A stretch of 64,000 nt of DNA from Geosiphon pyriformis uo1. Taxonomy: Eukaryota; Fungi; Glomeromycota. Positions 27,306 through 38,400 of this stretch are shown here, piece by piece; positions within the stretch are counted from its first letter, which is position 1; each line of letters starts with the position of its first letter. The notes under the pieces were generated by a model. That model was not told the DNA's origin, searched no databases, and saw only the letters and a list, made by a program, of their open reading frames with translations. Where the stretch lies: contig JAAOMT010000672.1 of assembly GCA_016748015.1 (NCBI GenBank), forward strand, positions 319,094 to 383,093, written 5' to 3'. Both the position numbers and the translations under genes were made by a program.

Positions 27306-29502
27306 CAGTCAGACCTCCATAAAAGAACCCTCGATAAAGGAACAACCTCTTACAAAGAACATTTTTTTATAGAACCAATTGATTAATTAACAATTTTCCC
27401 TTTATATAAGAACAATCTATAAAGGAACAAGAACATAATTTTATCAAACGTTTATTCGAAATTTACCTTCATATAAGAGCAAATATCATGTGCTAGATGT
27501 TAATTGGTAATTGGGAAAAGAGTTAGAATGTATTGAATTGATTTCATTCTAACTTTCTTTTAAATCAATTTACATTGGACTTACTCTTTTTGATCTTGTC
27601 TGGCACATTTTCTAACAGACTTGCTAAATTATCACAATGTCGGAACCTTTATTCAAAAAACAAAAATGAGCAGCAGTTAATGATGCTCTTCGTAAAAAAA
27701 TTTGTCAATATTCCAAAAATCACTATGACACGAAACATGATGATATTGTAGCTTACTTCAATCATAAATATCCAGAACCTCATATTTCTCATCCAACTGT
27801 CTCCAAGATAATCAAAGAGCATGCAAAGTAGTTGAATATTGAAATTGATGAAATCTCAGAAAGATCTATTCGACATAAAAGCGTTATATTTCCATTATTA
27901 GACCAAGCTTTAAGTTATTGGGTAGAACAAGTAACTGCAGCCACTATCGAATTCAATGATCAACTAATTAAAGAGAAAGGAAAAGAATTTGCCAAACTTC
28001 TTGGTATGCATGAAAATGAAATGCAATTCTCAAATAGATGGGTTCAAAAATTCAAAAAACAAAACCAGTTATGTGTTTACCGATTTCATGATAAAGCAGG
28101 AAGTGTATCAACTGAAAGTTTACCAGAAGAACGAAGAAAATTAAAAACCATTATATCCAAATTTGATCCTGCTGACATATTTAATGCTGATGAAACAGGA
28201 TTATTTTTTCGTATGGGACCAAATCAAACACTTGCAAAACGTCGAAATGCAGGAAAAAAATTGGTATATTATATTTACCAATTGTTATCATTATATATTA
28301 TTGTTATATTAAATTAATTGGGTTTTTGATAGAATAAATCTTGGATTATAATTCTTGCTACAAATTCAACTGGATCTCACAAATTGCAACCTTTAGTAAT
28401 TGGACATGCAAAAAATCCAAGATGCTTTAAAGGTCCAACCTATCTGTAATTTACAAATTCAATTCCAAAGCATGGATGCGCTCAGAGATATGGAAGGCAT
28501 GGCTCAAATATATAAATGAAGGCTTTCGAATTCAAAATCGGCATATATTACTTTTGGTTGATAATGCAACTTCTTATCATACTCAAATCGGGGAAGATTC
28601 ATTCCAATTAACCAATACTGTTTTCCTCCAAATACTATATCACATCTTCAACCAATGGATGCTGACATTATCAAATCTTTCAAAGGGAAATATAATCACT
28701 TATATTGTCAACATATTTTACATCAATTTGAACAAAAAATTAATATTGAACAGTTAAGTAATCTAATATATACAGTATTATCATTATATATTATATAATT
28801 TATCTAATATTAATTTATTTTTTAGAAATAAATTAAACATAAAACAAGCATTAATTATGTTGTTCGATAATGGTTTCAAGTAACACCCGTTACAATTCAA
28901 AACTGTTGGCAAAAAACAGATATTCTTTTCTATAATCAAGAATTAGAAATTCAAGAATCCGAAACATCAATTGCTATGGATATATTCAACAATTTACCAT
29001 CAAATGCACAACAATTGGTCAAAAATCTCGAAGATTATACTGTAGCAGTTGATGAATTATTGGCAACTGAAAATATTCTTGATAATAATGAAATTGTAGA
29101 TATGGTTTTAGCCGATGCTCAAATTGAAACCAATACAATTAATGGCTCGGAAGAAGAATTAGAAGAATATCCACCTGCTTTATTTACAATTACAGAAGCA
29201 TATGAAGCATTAAAAAAGGTAATTAGATTTGAAGAGCAATTAGCAAAAGAAAATTTTAGTATAGAAAACCAAAATTTACTTAGAAAAAAATTATATGAAT
29301 ACGAAAAAATGAAGGAAAATTCTAAAAAACAGGTAACAATTAATCAATATTTTAATAATAATAATAATAATAATAATAATTGATTGATTTAATAATAAAT
29401 ATAGTTTATTTGATAATAATTATAAAACTCTATAATAGAACACCTCTAAAATGGAACATAATTTGCATGTCCCAACTGTGTTCTTTTATAGAGGTCTGAC
29501 TG
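27306..29502 (+). mobile_element. pogo/Tigger-like DNA transposon, full length
   Basis: 23-bp TIRs CAGTCAGACCTC(C/T)ATAAAAGAAC at 27306-27328 and 29480-29502, TA on both sides, subterminal ATAAnGAACA-type repeats. Confidence 0.95.
27637..29383 (+). pseudogene. pogo (CENP-B/DDE_1) transposase with two probable spliceosomal introns, disrupted
   Basis: FSNRWVQKFK, FNADETGLFF, KLQPLVIG..KNPRCFK, AWM, LLVDNA, LQPMDADII; intron 28264-28332 (GTATAT..TAG) joins GKKL/NKS; second intron ~28755-28825; stops and frameshifts. Confidence 0.9.
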
Positions 29503-29719
29503 TACAAAGTTCTTTCATTAATATGCAATTTTTTTTACTTTTTTATTTATTGCTCTTAACTGAACCATTAAAAATATATTTTGTTCTGGTTTGAACAAAG
29601 CTTAAAAAGCTTTACACTATATATTAATTTTAAATGTGTTATAATTTACTTTGCAGTTTTCTTTTCAATAATGACAAGATTACATTCATGTACTCTCAAT
29701 CACTTTACCAAAATGTACA

Positions 29720-29975
29720 CCATGCAATCATGAAGTATGAATAATGAGCAATGTGCTCTTGACCTGCCCAATCAAGATCTACAATAATGATTCTTTACTT
29801 TTCGTCCAAAGTCATTCAAAGAATGAAAATCGCCATGGACAGGTCACTCTGCGCAATGAAGTCAAAGTGACCGCAGCAAAGCTCGCAGCCTATTGCGTTA
29901 TATACCACAGAGCATCATAATGTAACCCTTAAAAAAAGTTTGGGCGAATGATATTCCGTTATGACCATTTTCCGT
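29720..29975 (-). pseudogene. Fungal protein-kinase-like fragment
   Basis: Broken frames: KMVITEY, VHGDFHSLN, IIIVDLDWAGQEHIAHYSYFM (cf. MVVMEY, HGDLRxxN, IDFDWAG..RYP of Crinkler-associated-type kinases). Confidence 0.6.
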
Positions 29976-30299
29976 CTAAACCACCTGATCGCTTTATTCC
30001 CAACTTTTCATAACCTTATGGTAATCAAAACTGTGCATATAATTTCCTTTCTGATTGGCTTTTCTCAAAAGACCAGTAGGAACCAAAACATAGCTCGAGA
30101 TAAAATAGTTGAAATTCTTGAGCGGAAAAATAATATTTTCGAAGTATATTGAGTTTTAATTGGATTTCTCAAGATATTGAATCCATTCTATCTCTGATAA
30201 ATTAATTTTTTTAAATAGAATTGAGAGTCAAGGTTGGTAAGAAAAGCCTTAACGGATGACAATAGGCAATTTTAGGGCTACTATTTCCTGGACGATCTC

Positions 30300-31590
30300 G
30301 GGAGATTCAAGGCTCCTTCAAGCAACGCCCGGAGAAAGATTCTTCGAGCGCCATTTTTCGTCTCTATCTATTACAGTCCTACAATTCCGGCATTTGTATA
30401 CCTCGGACCCTACGATTCTTTGGACGTTACCACACCAGCTACAGGCCTTGGACGCATAAGTTTCATTTTGGACAATAAAACACACTCCAAATTCTTCTCC
30501 TTTTGCCACTAGACGTTGGCGCAACCGATAGTGTGTTTTTTGCTTGTTTTTCGATTTATCATGTTAAATACCTCGAACAGCCGGATGATGATAGCGTCGA
30601 ACTCACAAATAAAAATACAATTGCCTTTCTGTGAATTTCACTTTGCAAACACATAATTTTTCGACGCATACATGCAAAGACGAACAATGGGTCCAATATC
30701 ACGGTCCTCAATTTTACCTACACCTTTTGAGGGAGAATACCAGGTGAATGGTGTATGAATGCCAGGATCAATAGAAACTGCATGAACAGAGCCATCCGCT
30801 TGGGTTTCGCGGAGCTGTTTTTGGATCTCATATACCTAGGCAAACTTCTACTCATTAGTTTGTAATAAGTGAGCTTGCGTTGACTGGGCCACTTGTTGTT
30901 ATGCCTTTTTTTTCAGAAATGTAGAGGCCACAAAGCACGCTTATTATTATCCAGAATGGTAGTAGGCTCATGATAATGTGTAGTAAATATCAATAAATTA
31001 TGGAGTTAAGTAACATAGAAATGATTCCATGTGGATTTCAAAAAATTCTGTGAACGAATTATTATTGTTGGCCGCAGATATTTTCGAGATCGAAATGTAA
31101 AGAGTGTGCTAATAGGCCTTGCCGATTCGCATTTTGCTTAATTACTTCCCTAGAAATCATCTTTCATCGATTGCCTCATCGATTATATTTGTGGGTTCTT
31201 TGCCATGCATACCTGAAACGACATGCCGAGACACACAACAGTTCGCATGAACTTGCACTCACCCCATATTGCAGCTTTTCAGCGTTTCTCATCTTCGTGT
31301 TCATTAGTGTCTTTTCCTTCCCAAACATCTGTGTAAAGCTTAAGTTTATCTTTGTTGGGTTGAGGCTTTATTTAAGCCTGTTGTGTTTGACCAATATGTA
31401 ATAAAAACGGCGATGTCGACTCCAGCAGACAATAGTATTATAAGCAAATCTCATCAAGCCCAACCATCGCTTCAAATGCTGCTTTTGAAGATAATTCGAA
31501 TACAGCTTGATTAATAGTGTACAGTTAAGAGTATCTTCCGTCTTCTGGCGTTTGCCACGGGCTGCTGTTGCCTTTCCCTTTCCCTAGCGC
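30300..31590 (-). pseudogene. Fanzor2 / IS607 TnpB RNA-guided endonuclease, frameshifted
   Basis: AARGKRQK..LLIKLYSNYLQKQHLKRWLGLMRFAYN; FRSRK; RuvC-I VSIDPGIHTPFTWY...DIGPIVRLC (core 30761-30772); EIHRKAIVFL/EFDAIIIRLFEV (RuvC-II, 30569-30577); HYRLRQRLVAK..ETYASKACSWCG..YKCRNC..IDRDE/NGARRIFLRALL (Zn finger + RuvC-III). Confidence 0.92.
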
Positions 31591-31599
31591 TTTTTGTGC

Positions 31600-31950
31600 T
31601 TGCGTTTTCTTCAGTAGTGAGAAGCTCTCCTTCCCTGCATGCGGCAGATGAAGCCTATATTGACGGCAAGAATATTCTGGAAGAGTTTGTGCCTATCAGA
31701 GGTCACATCGTCGAAGAGATAAATATTGGAGGAGGTCGAAGGCGAAACGACAGAGACGGTCATGGTGGGTAATGGCTATGTTTGAGACAGCACCGCGGGT
31801 TGATCATTCCAGGGCTTAAGCCCTGAGCGCTTGAAGTTGATACCGGAGCCAATATCGCTGATGAGCTCGTATGTCAGGAATTGGGCGCAGAGAAAGCTTT
31901 CTTGGTAGCAGAGGTTGAGGTGCAGGTGCTAGTGGTGGTGGTGGGGTATT
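31600..31950 (-). pseudogene. IS607-type serine recombinase (TnpA), N-terminally deleted and frameshifted
   Basis: YELISDIGSGINFKRSGLK (~31815-31872), IAITHHDRLCRFAFDLLQY (~31725-31780), LFQNILAVNIGFICRMQGRRA: the IS607 TnpA motifs DIGSGLNxKR, HKDRLxRFGFE and DLLxIxxxFSxRLYGxR. Confidence 0.9.
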
Positions 31951-32100
31951 TGTTTTCGCAATTTTTAACGCTAAGGGTACATGCACATTCGTAAAATAAA
32001 TGCCATATTCGTTACGATGTAAATCATTTAATTTATCAAAAATTCAAACTATAGAATCGATAAATCTAAACTAATTTTTATAGAAAAGGGAAATCAGGAT

Positions 32101-32853
32101 TTAAATTCCATCCAATGGAGCTAACAGGTTCTCACGTCCGCTTAATATTCCACCTAACATAATATAAGCATAACTATTTCCGTTCCTTCCGGCTCTTCGG
32201 AACCACTCAATAGCTTTATGCAAATCCCGTCCAAAATCACCAAACCCTCTCTGATATTTGAACCCCAGCCAAATTTGGGCAGAAAAGTTTCCATGGCAAC
32301 TTGCTTTTTTCAGCAAAATCAATGATTTCCTATAATTTCGAAACCCAGATTCATACCCGTACCATAATCCCAATTTTAAGAATGCAGCAGGATTCTTTTG
32401 TTCTGCAGCTTTATGAATCCATTCTATCCCTTGCAATCGATACACAGGTCCCAAAGTATTAAGTTCGTAGTACCATAAGCCAAGAAAATATTGGCCGTAA
32501 GAATTACCAAGTTCAGCTGAATTTATGAATTGAGTATAAACTAAGTTTTCGTCTCGGATTTTCTCATCTGTAGAATGTTGGTAAAAAAGTCCAAGCATAA
32601 GGTAAAGCAGGCTCGCAGTACTCTTGGTTGTGGATGGATTTTTTAATCTCAATCGAAGTATTTGAATAAATCCGAGTTCTGGTAAATTCGTCCCTATGAG
32701 GAAAAGTCTAAGTTCGCTATAAATTTTAGAGCATGATAGTCCACGATTAATCTTGAGAAGAAATGAAGGAAATGCGTCATCTATTATTGAATGTATTAGA
32801 GGTAAGTTATTTTGGGTTAAATTTTTTTTGAAGTGGTTTATAAAGATGCTCAT
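32101..32853 (-). CDS. Sel1-like repeat (SLR) protein, 250 aa, intronless
   Basis: SAELGNSYGQYFLGLWY, KAAEQKNPAAFLKLGLWY, KASCHGNFSAQIWLGFKYQRGFG..RDLHKAIEWFRRAGRNGNSYA. Confidence 0.9.
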   Translation of the reverse strand: MSIFINHFKKNLTQNNLPLIHSIIDDAFPSFLLKINRGLSCSKIYSELRLFLIGTNLPELGFIQILRLRLKNPSTTKSTASLLYLMLGLFYQHSTDEKIRDENLVYTQFINSAELGNSYGQYFLGLWYYELNTLGPVYRLQGIEWIHKAAEQKNPAAFLKLGLWYGYESGFRNYRKSLILLKKASCHGNFSAQIWLGFKYQRGFGDFGRDLHKAIEWFRRAGRNGNSYAYIMLGGILSGRENLLAPLDGI

Positions 32854-33039
32854 TTTGCAGCTGTAATAATTAGAAGAAAAACAGTTGCTAAATTCAAGGT
32901 TCTATCATGCCGTAATTCAAGTTAAGTACTTTTTTAATTAACTTAAACCTCATTTTCAAATTTGCTATGTATAACTAAAATGAGTGTACAAGCAATTGTC
33001 CAATATTATGAGATCGGGAAAATATTTCATCCTTCCTTC

Positions 33040-34160
33040 GTCATCAGATTCCTATTATTTCCTGCATGATCGCTGTAGGACATCAAGCAATGCCCGGAGA
33101 AGCGCCACTTTCATAACAAGCTTACAATTCCCGACACTTGTACACCTCAGATTCTTTGGATATTTCCACACCGGTTATAGTACATGTTTAAAAATAAAGA
33201 ATAAAAAAATGGCATAAAAAAATTAAAAATCTCAAAATTTATCATCTTTATTTTGTGTCGATGTGCAAATGCACATATTGCTGGATTGTAACTTGGCAAA
33301 ATTCTGAGCGCAAATTGTTATGGTTTAATGCAGTGCCTTACAAAATTTAAAAGAAAGATGATCAGTTGATGAACCTTGTTTGTCGGTGTGCATTACGTTT
33401 AATAACTTCTTTCGCGCAACCAATGCTTGATCAATCGCTTCATCTGTGATGCTGGTAGGAGCAACATCTTAAGAGCATGCCAAGATGGACGATGGCTCTG
33501 CAAAAAAATTTTCACCCAAATAGCCGAAACATCAAGACATTTTTGTTGAAACGTCATAGGTTTCAACCATCCTTTTCCTTGTATTATAATGATGCGAGGT
33601 CTTTTGCTCCGTCCCACCACAGCATTAAAAGGCAAATCTCGTCAAGCTTCAATAGCTGCTTCTGAGGGTGATTGGACACATCTTGACTAGTAATATGCGG
33701 TTAAGGATGCCTTCCGTCTTCTGGCGTTTGCCACGGGCTGCCCTTGCTTGTTCCTGCGTTCTCTTCATTAGTGAGAAGCTCTCGTTCTCTGCATGCGGCA
33801 GATGAAGATTGTGTTGACGGCAAGTATATTCTTTAAGAGGTTGTTCCCGTCAAAGGCCACATTTTCGAAGAAAAATACGAGTTTCGCAGAATGAAGGGAG
33901 AAGACATATTGGAGAGTTCAAAGGCAAACAGGCAGATTTAATCAAAGTGGGTAATGACAACCTCCGAGACAGTACCGTGGCTTGATCGTTCAAGTAAGTC
34001 TTAAGCCCCTGGCGCTTGAAGTTCACCCCAAAGCCAATATTGCACTAGAGTCATGGCCGTAGAGGTAACCTTTCTTGATGGTATCAGCATATTGAGAAGT
34101 TAGCTCAGGGAAGAGGAAAAAAGTGGTGCATTTATTTTCGCGATTTTGAATCTGATTTTA
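33040..34160 (-). mobile_element. IS607/Fanzor2 relic, copy C (central RuvC region deleted)
   Basis: Minus strand: KKGYLYGHDSSA, NIGFGVNFKRQGLKT/LLERSSHGTVSEVVITHFD*ICLFAFE, NLLKNILAVNTIFICRMQ, MKRTQEQARAARGKRQKTEGILNRILLVKM, and a terminal EVYKCRNCK..LRALLD; 33710-33830 is strongly similar to 31535-31680. Confidence 0.88.
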
Positions 34161-34649
34161 GAATTTTACTAATAAGTTTGAATTTTCCTTGGCTACTTTG
34201 ATGTCTATGCCTAATTTCCAAAACCCTAAATTAAGTTTTAAGCTTTATCAAGCTGTTAGAGATTAATAAACCATTTGGTATCAGGTTTTTATCAAGCAAA
34301 AAATATTTTGATCCCGATTTCGATTCAAACCACAATCTGTTTCTGTGTTTGATCTTTTGAAGAATTTTTTAATGAAATATGTATACCCTAAAAAAAAATT
34401 TTGTTATTTGGAGATGAAATTTCGATAAGTTTTTATATCAGGCAAATTTGAGATTTGATCATCCTCATGTGTCCAATTTCACAATGCTAATGCTTAAATT
34501 CTAATATAAGCGCATTGAAGTGATATCAAATGGCAAAATCGAAATTCACATAACATGAATTTTAGAAGTTATAAAACAAAGCTCAATTATTTGCTGGAAA
34601 TTTCAGGAATTCGAACATTCATTCAATACAAATAGAAAATTTTAACAAA

Positions 34650-35504
34650 ATGCCCATCATCTTCTCTTCAATCCTTTTATTAGTCTTCTTTGCTTGCGCA
34701 TCTTTTAATGCTAACATCGAGGCATTGCCAATTCAACAAAGATGTGTTGCTCCCTGCTCAGCCGGATGTATTCCTAAAACTCCAATAGCTCCTGTTTGTG
34801 CTCCATCGGTTCCATGCGCAGTAAAAACTCCGATTATACCGGTGTCAAATATTTGTGCCCCAGCCAAACCACTTTCTCCAGTAGTTCCAACTACTTCAGT
34901 ATCCAATATATGTGCACCTGTAGCTCCAAAGGCACCAGTTACAAATATTTGTGCACCAATTTCACCTGTCACTCCAAAAGCACCGGTTACAAATATTTGT
35001 GCACCCGCTGCACCTGTAATTCCCAAAGTACCAATTACAAATGTTTGTCCGCCCGCTGCGCCTGTAGCTCCAGCTCCGCCAGTTGCAACTGTGTGTGGGC
35101 CCACTGCACCTGCAGCTCCAATTGCTCCTCCAGCACCAGTATCAAAAATTTGTGCACCTGGGGCTCCGGTCGCACCAAGACCACCAGTATCAAACATTTG
35201 TCCTCCTGTAGCTCCCGCTGCTCCAAAGCCATTAGTGCAAAATGTTTGCGTTCCTAAAGGACCTGCTGCCCCAGTTGCTCCAGCTCCAGCAAGTATTTGT
35301 CCAGTAAAACCTGTAACTGCTCCTGCGCGTGTTGCCTGCCCTCCAGTAGCACCAAAACCTGTTGTCAATAAATGTCCTTCAACTATACCGTTAATTTCTC
35401 AACCAAAAACTTTTGGCGCTCCAGCCTTTGGAATCGGGTCATCCCAATTTGGATCTGGATTTTCTTGCATCACCCCTACCTCTGGCTTTAACTCTGGATG
35501 TTAA
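34650..35504 (+). CDS. Secreted Pro/Ala/Val/Cys-rich tandem-repeat protein, 284 aa
   Basis: Signal peptide MPIIFSSILLLVFFACASFNANIEA; more than ten imperfect ~13-20 aa units of PV(S/T)NICAP..PVAPKA, each with one Cys; Gly/Phe/Ser C-terminus; open and GC-rich. Confidence 0.88.
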   Translation: MPIIFSSILLLVFFACASFNANIEALPIQQRCVAPCSAGCIPKTPIAPVCAPSVPCAVKTPIIPVSNICAPAKPLSPVVPTTSVSNICAPVAPKAPVTNICAPISPVTPKAPVTNICAPAAPVIPKVPITNVCPPAAPVAPAPPVATVCGPTAPAAPIAPPAPVSKICAPGAPVAPRPPVSNICPPVAPAAPKPLVQNVCVPKGPAAPVAPAPASICPVKPVTAPARVACPPVAPKPVVNKCPSTIPLISQPKTFGAPAFGIGSSQFGSGFSCITPTSGFNSGC

Positions 35505-36477
35505 AATAGATTGAATTTAATATAAAGCTTTAATTGACCGATTAAATGACTTGGTTAAAAATTTGGAAATGCTCATTGTTATTTTTAAAATCGCAGTTTT
35601 TGTAAGCAATATACTAAAAGTATTTTTCAACAATGACTTTTAAATCAATGAAATAAAATATTAAAAAAAAATATAATTGGAAAAATCTTCATTATTTATA
35701 GTTGAAAGTTCGAAAAGTCTCTTGAAAATAGCTTAATTCGCTAAATAAAACAATTTAATAAAAAACCTAGTTAATTTTGTTCCGTAAAAGCACTGCATCC
35801 ATCCTAGGCTTTTTTAAAATAGTATAAATATCCTACTCTCCCCAAAAAAGCGGCTATTAAAACTCACCTTAAGAGAGTACAAACGGCAATTAAAGTATTA
35901 AAGTTCATTAAATATTGTTCCTTTCAAAATAGTTCAAATTAAAAACAGAAATTTAAAATTTTCGAGTCCAAATGAGCCGTTTCAAAATGAAGCAATAGCA
36001 CAAAGAGTTATCCAAAACTTTTTACTTCCCGTTATAGTAATTCCAAGGCTTAAAATAATTTCATACATGTAATTATCATTATTATCTAATAATGTATTGT
36101 GCATAAGCCGCCAACAATAATCAATAACAATTTTAAACTCCGTGTTTCAAAAAAGATCGCTTATTTCCAATGAATCTAAAGGAGTAACATCCATTGTGTC
36201 GATGTTATTTAAATGCAAATGCAAAGTAGTATTACCCAAAAAATAGGGGATGCTTTTTTGCGACAGGAAGATACAGTTTTACATGGCTTATAAGTAATAA
36301 CTATTGTTGGCAAGTCTTTAGCTGGATTTGGTGTAGCACATGTATAAAATTTGAACGTCAGGTGAGATTAGATGTTCAAAGTATAAAATAAGGAAGAAAT
36401 GAAAAGACCATTTTTAAAATTATCATTCTTTGAGAAAAAGATATTTTAACATATTGCACACTTTTAAAATACGAATT

Positions 36478-37281
36478 ATGACAAAAGATAATCAAGCGGG
36501 ACCCGAACGAATTATTCTAAATATCGGGGGTCAAAAGGTAAATGTGATTTTCTAAAATTAGGTTGGTCAATTATTTATTAATTTATCATTAGTTAAATGA
36601 TCCTTTTTCCATTTAACTTCTTAGTACGAAACGTATCGATCGACGTTAACCGCATATCCAGATACATTCCTGGGCACAATGTTTCAAGAACGAAATCGAT
36701 GTTTACTGCACCCAGCAAATGAGAACGAATTTTTTTTCGATCGAAACAGTCGAGCATTTCATTACATCTTAGAATACTATCGAACTGGTGAAATTCTATT
36801 CGATGAAACTTCCTCATACACAGGAATGGCACGTAAAGAGCTTGAAAAAGAACTCGATTTCTGGCAAATACCATATGAAAAAGAAGATCCATTCACTTTG
36901 GAAATTACCGAAGCATCGCAAATTGTCGAAGATTTTTTAAATATGTTGCGAAGTGTTATCAATGAACCGAAAAGATATCTCAGGACGAAAATTAATTTGG
37001 TCTTTCCGTTATTTAATTTTGCATTGTTCACTATTGAACCGAAATTAGGTACTGTTGTGCCTTTGGTTGAGCAGTATGCCCAAATTGGTTATCCAATTTC
37101 TCGAGAATTAGGAAAAGCTTTGGTTGAACAGTTGAAAATTGATTTTCCCGGTTTGGACTGTGAATTAAATGCTGAAGGTTCCGGACCTTCGGATTGGCGA
37201 TATCGATGGGAATTCGTGATACCGTTAAAACCTTCGTTTGATGATATACTGAAAAAAGTTAATTTAAAGATGAAGAGTTAA
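36478..37281 (+). CDS. KCTD-type BTB/POZ (T1, BTB_2) domain protein, 2 exons (36478-36537, 36625-37281), 238 aa
   Basis: ERIILNIGGQK/YETYRSTLTAYPDTFLGTMF...EFFFDRNSRAFHYILEYYRTG...LEKELDFWQI; GTAAAT..TTAG intron joins in frame. Confidence 0.93.
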
Positions 37282-37859
37282 GATGGTTGGTTTCATGGTT
37301 TTGGTTGATTAACATCAAATTTGTACATTTTTGTAACTAGCTTCTAATGTGGGGGTGGGATAGTGGGTTCATGTTGTGCAAGGCTAAATTATAGCCAATA
37401 ATAAAATTCTAAATGTAATAATAATAATGCTCATCAAAATTTAGCCATCAAAAATAAAATCATAGTAAGTTTCAAAAGAGATGAAGTTTTTAAGAAATCG
37501 ATCTTGCAATAAGAATTCAATATTAGACCTATGTCGAAATCTCTAGAAGATTGAATTTAAAACTTTCCCAAAAGTCTCAGGAAGCTTTGGTCAGTAGAGT
37601 GAAAAGTAAATCTGAACTACCGTTTAGGGTAATCTCAAAAGCTTATAATTGTGAAGCTAATTAATTGGCGAAAAATGTAAAATATATCTTTTGAATACTG
37701 AAATATATCTTAAAAAGAATTAGACTAAATAATTCGTTTATTTGTAGATTAATATTTAGTCTGTTGAGAATTCTTCCAATTATAATAATTATAAAAAGTT
37801 ACTTCTCTTATTACTTACAGATTTATCATAATAAAATATTTAGCTTTAAATTTAAACAC

Positions 37860-38400
37860 TTTTCTTAATAACACATCTCACATTTTGCGAAGCTTAATTC
37901 CAATAAAACTAATTTTGATTCTCTACTATAGACATTAAAACTGCCAAAATTATATAAAATAATTGCTTGCCTGAAATACCTTTTTTTTAACCAAATTAAC
38001 AGCATATCATTCTTTGCTTTTCTAAGACTCAACACATTTAAACTCTCAATAAAAAGCATTATACCTAGATATCTTTGTTCTTAGCCATGGCTATGACTTT
38101 TTTGTAAATTGATAATGATGATTCTTTAATACTTCTATTAATAACTATAACTACTGTTTTTTTAATATTAATAACAATATTATTCAACTTAAAAAATTCC
38201 CTTGCTGTGTCCAAATTTTTTTTAAATAGCAGCATAACTATAAGTGACTCATGTTGTATTATCTATAAAAGGACCAGTAACAAAAAAATCAGTTTTGCTA
38301 TCCTTGTTTTCTTATTTCTCTTAATTTTACATAAAAAAAGATCATAAAAAATTTTCTACAATAAAAACAAGAAAATTTTACTTTAATCTAAACTATTATA
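37860..38400 (-). mobile_element. LINE RT fragment, divergent subfamily
   Basis: GPFIDNTT*V..NLDTAREFFKLNNIVINIKKTVVIVIN..RYLGIML..SLRKAK parallels AFVDDTIW..ASEFF..INNDKTV..RYLG..SLAKA. Confidence 0.7.

Larger units (their letters stand above)
30230..31975 (-). mobile_element. IS607-family element with serine recombinase and Fanzor2/TnpB, copy B (most complete, decayed)
   Basis: TnpA followed by TnpB motifs in canonical order on the minus strand; end motifs shared with copies A and C; boundaries approximate. Confidence 0.9.

Noticed and set aside
31520-31680. Apparent in-frame TnpA-Fanzor fusion in copy B
   Set aside because: Two stops lie in the linker, and in copy C the two genes are in different frames with an ATG opening the nuclease frame; decay by indels explains it
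30230-34160. Bacterial or endosymbiont contamination as the source of the IS607 sequences
   Set aside because: The copies are decayed, interleaved with fungal-type genes and TEs, and carry Fanzor2-type motifs; ancient horizontal origin remains possible
34733-35368. Collagen-like Gly/Ala ORF on the minus strand
   Set aside because: Antisense shadow of the Pro/Ala-rich secreted protein, which has the signal peptide and start context
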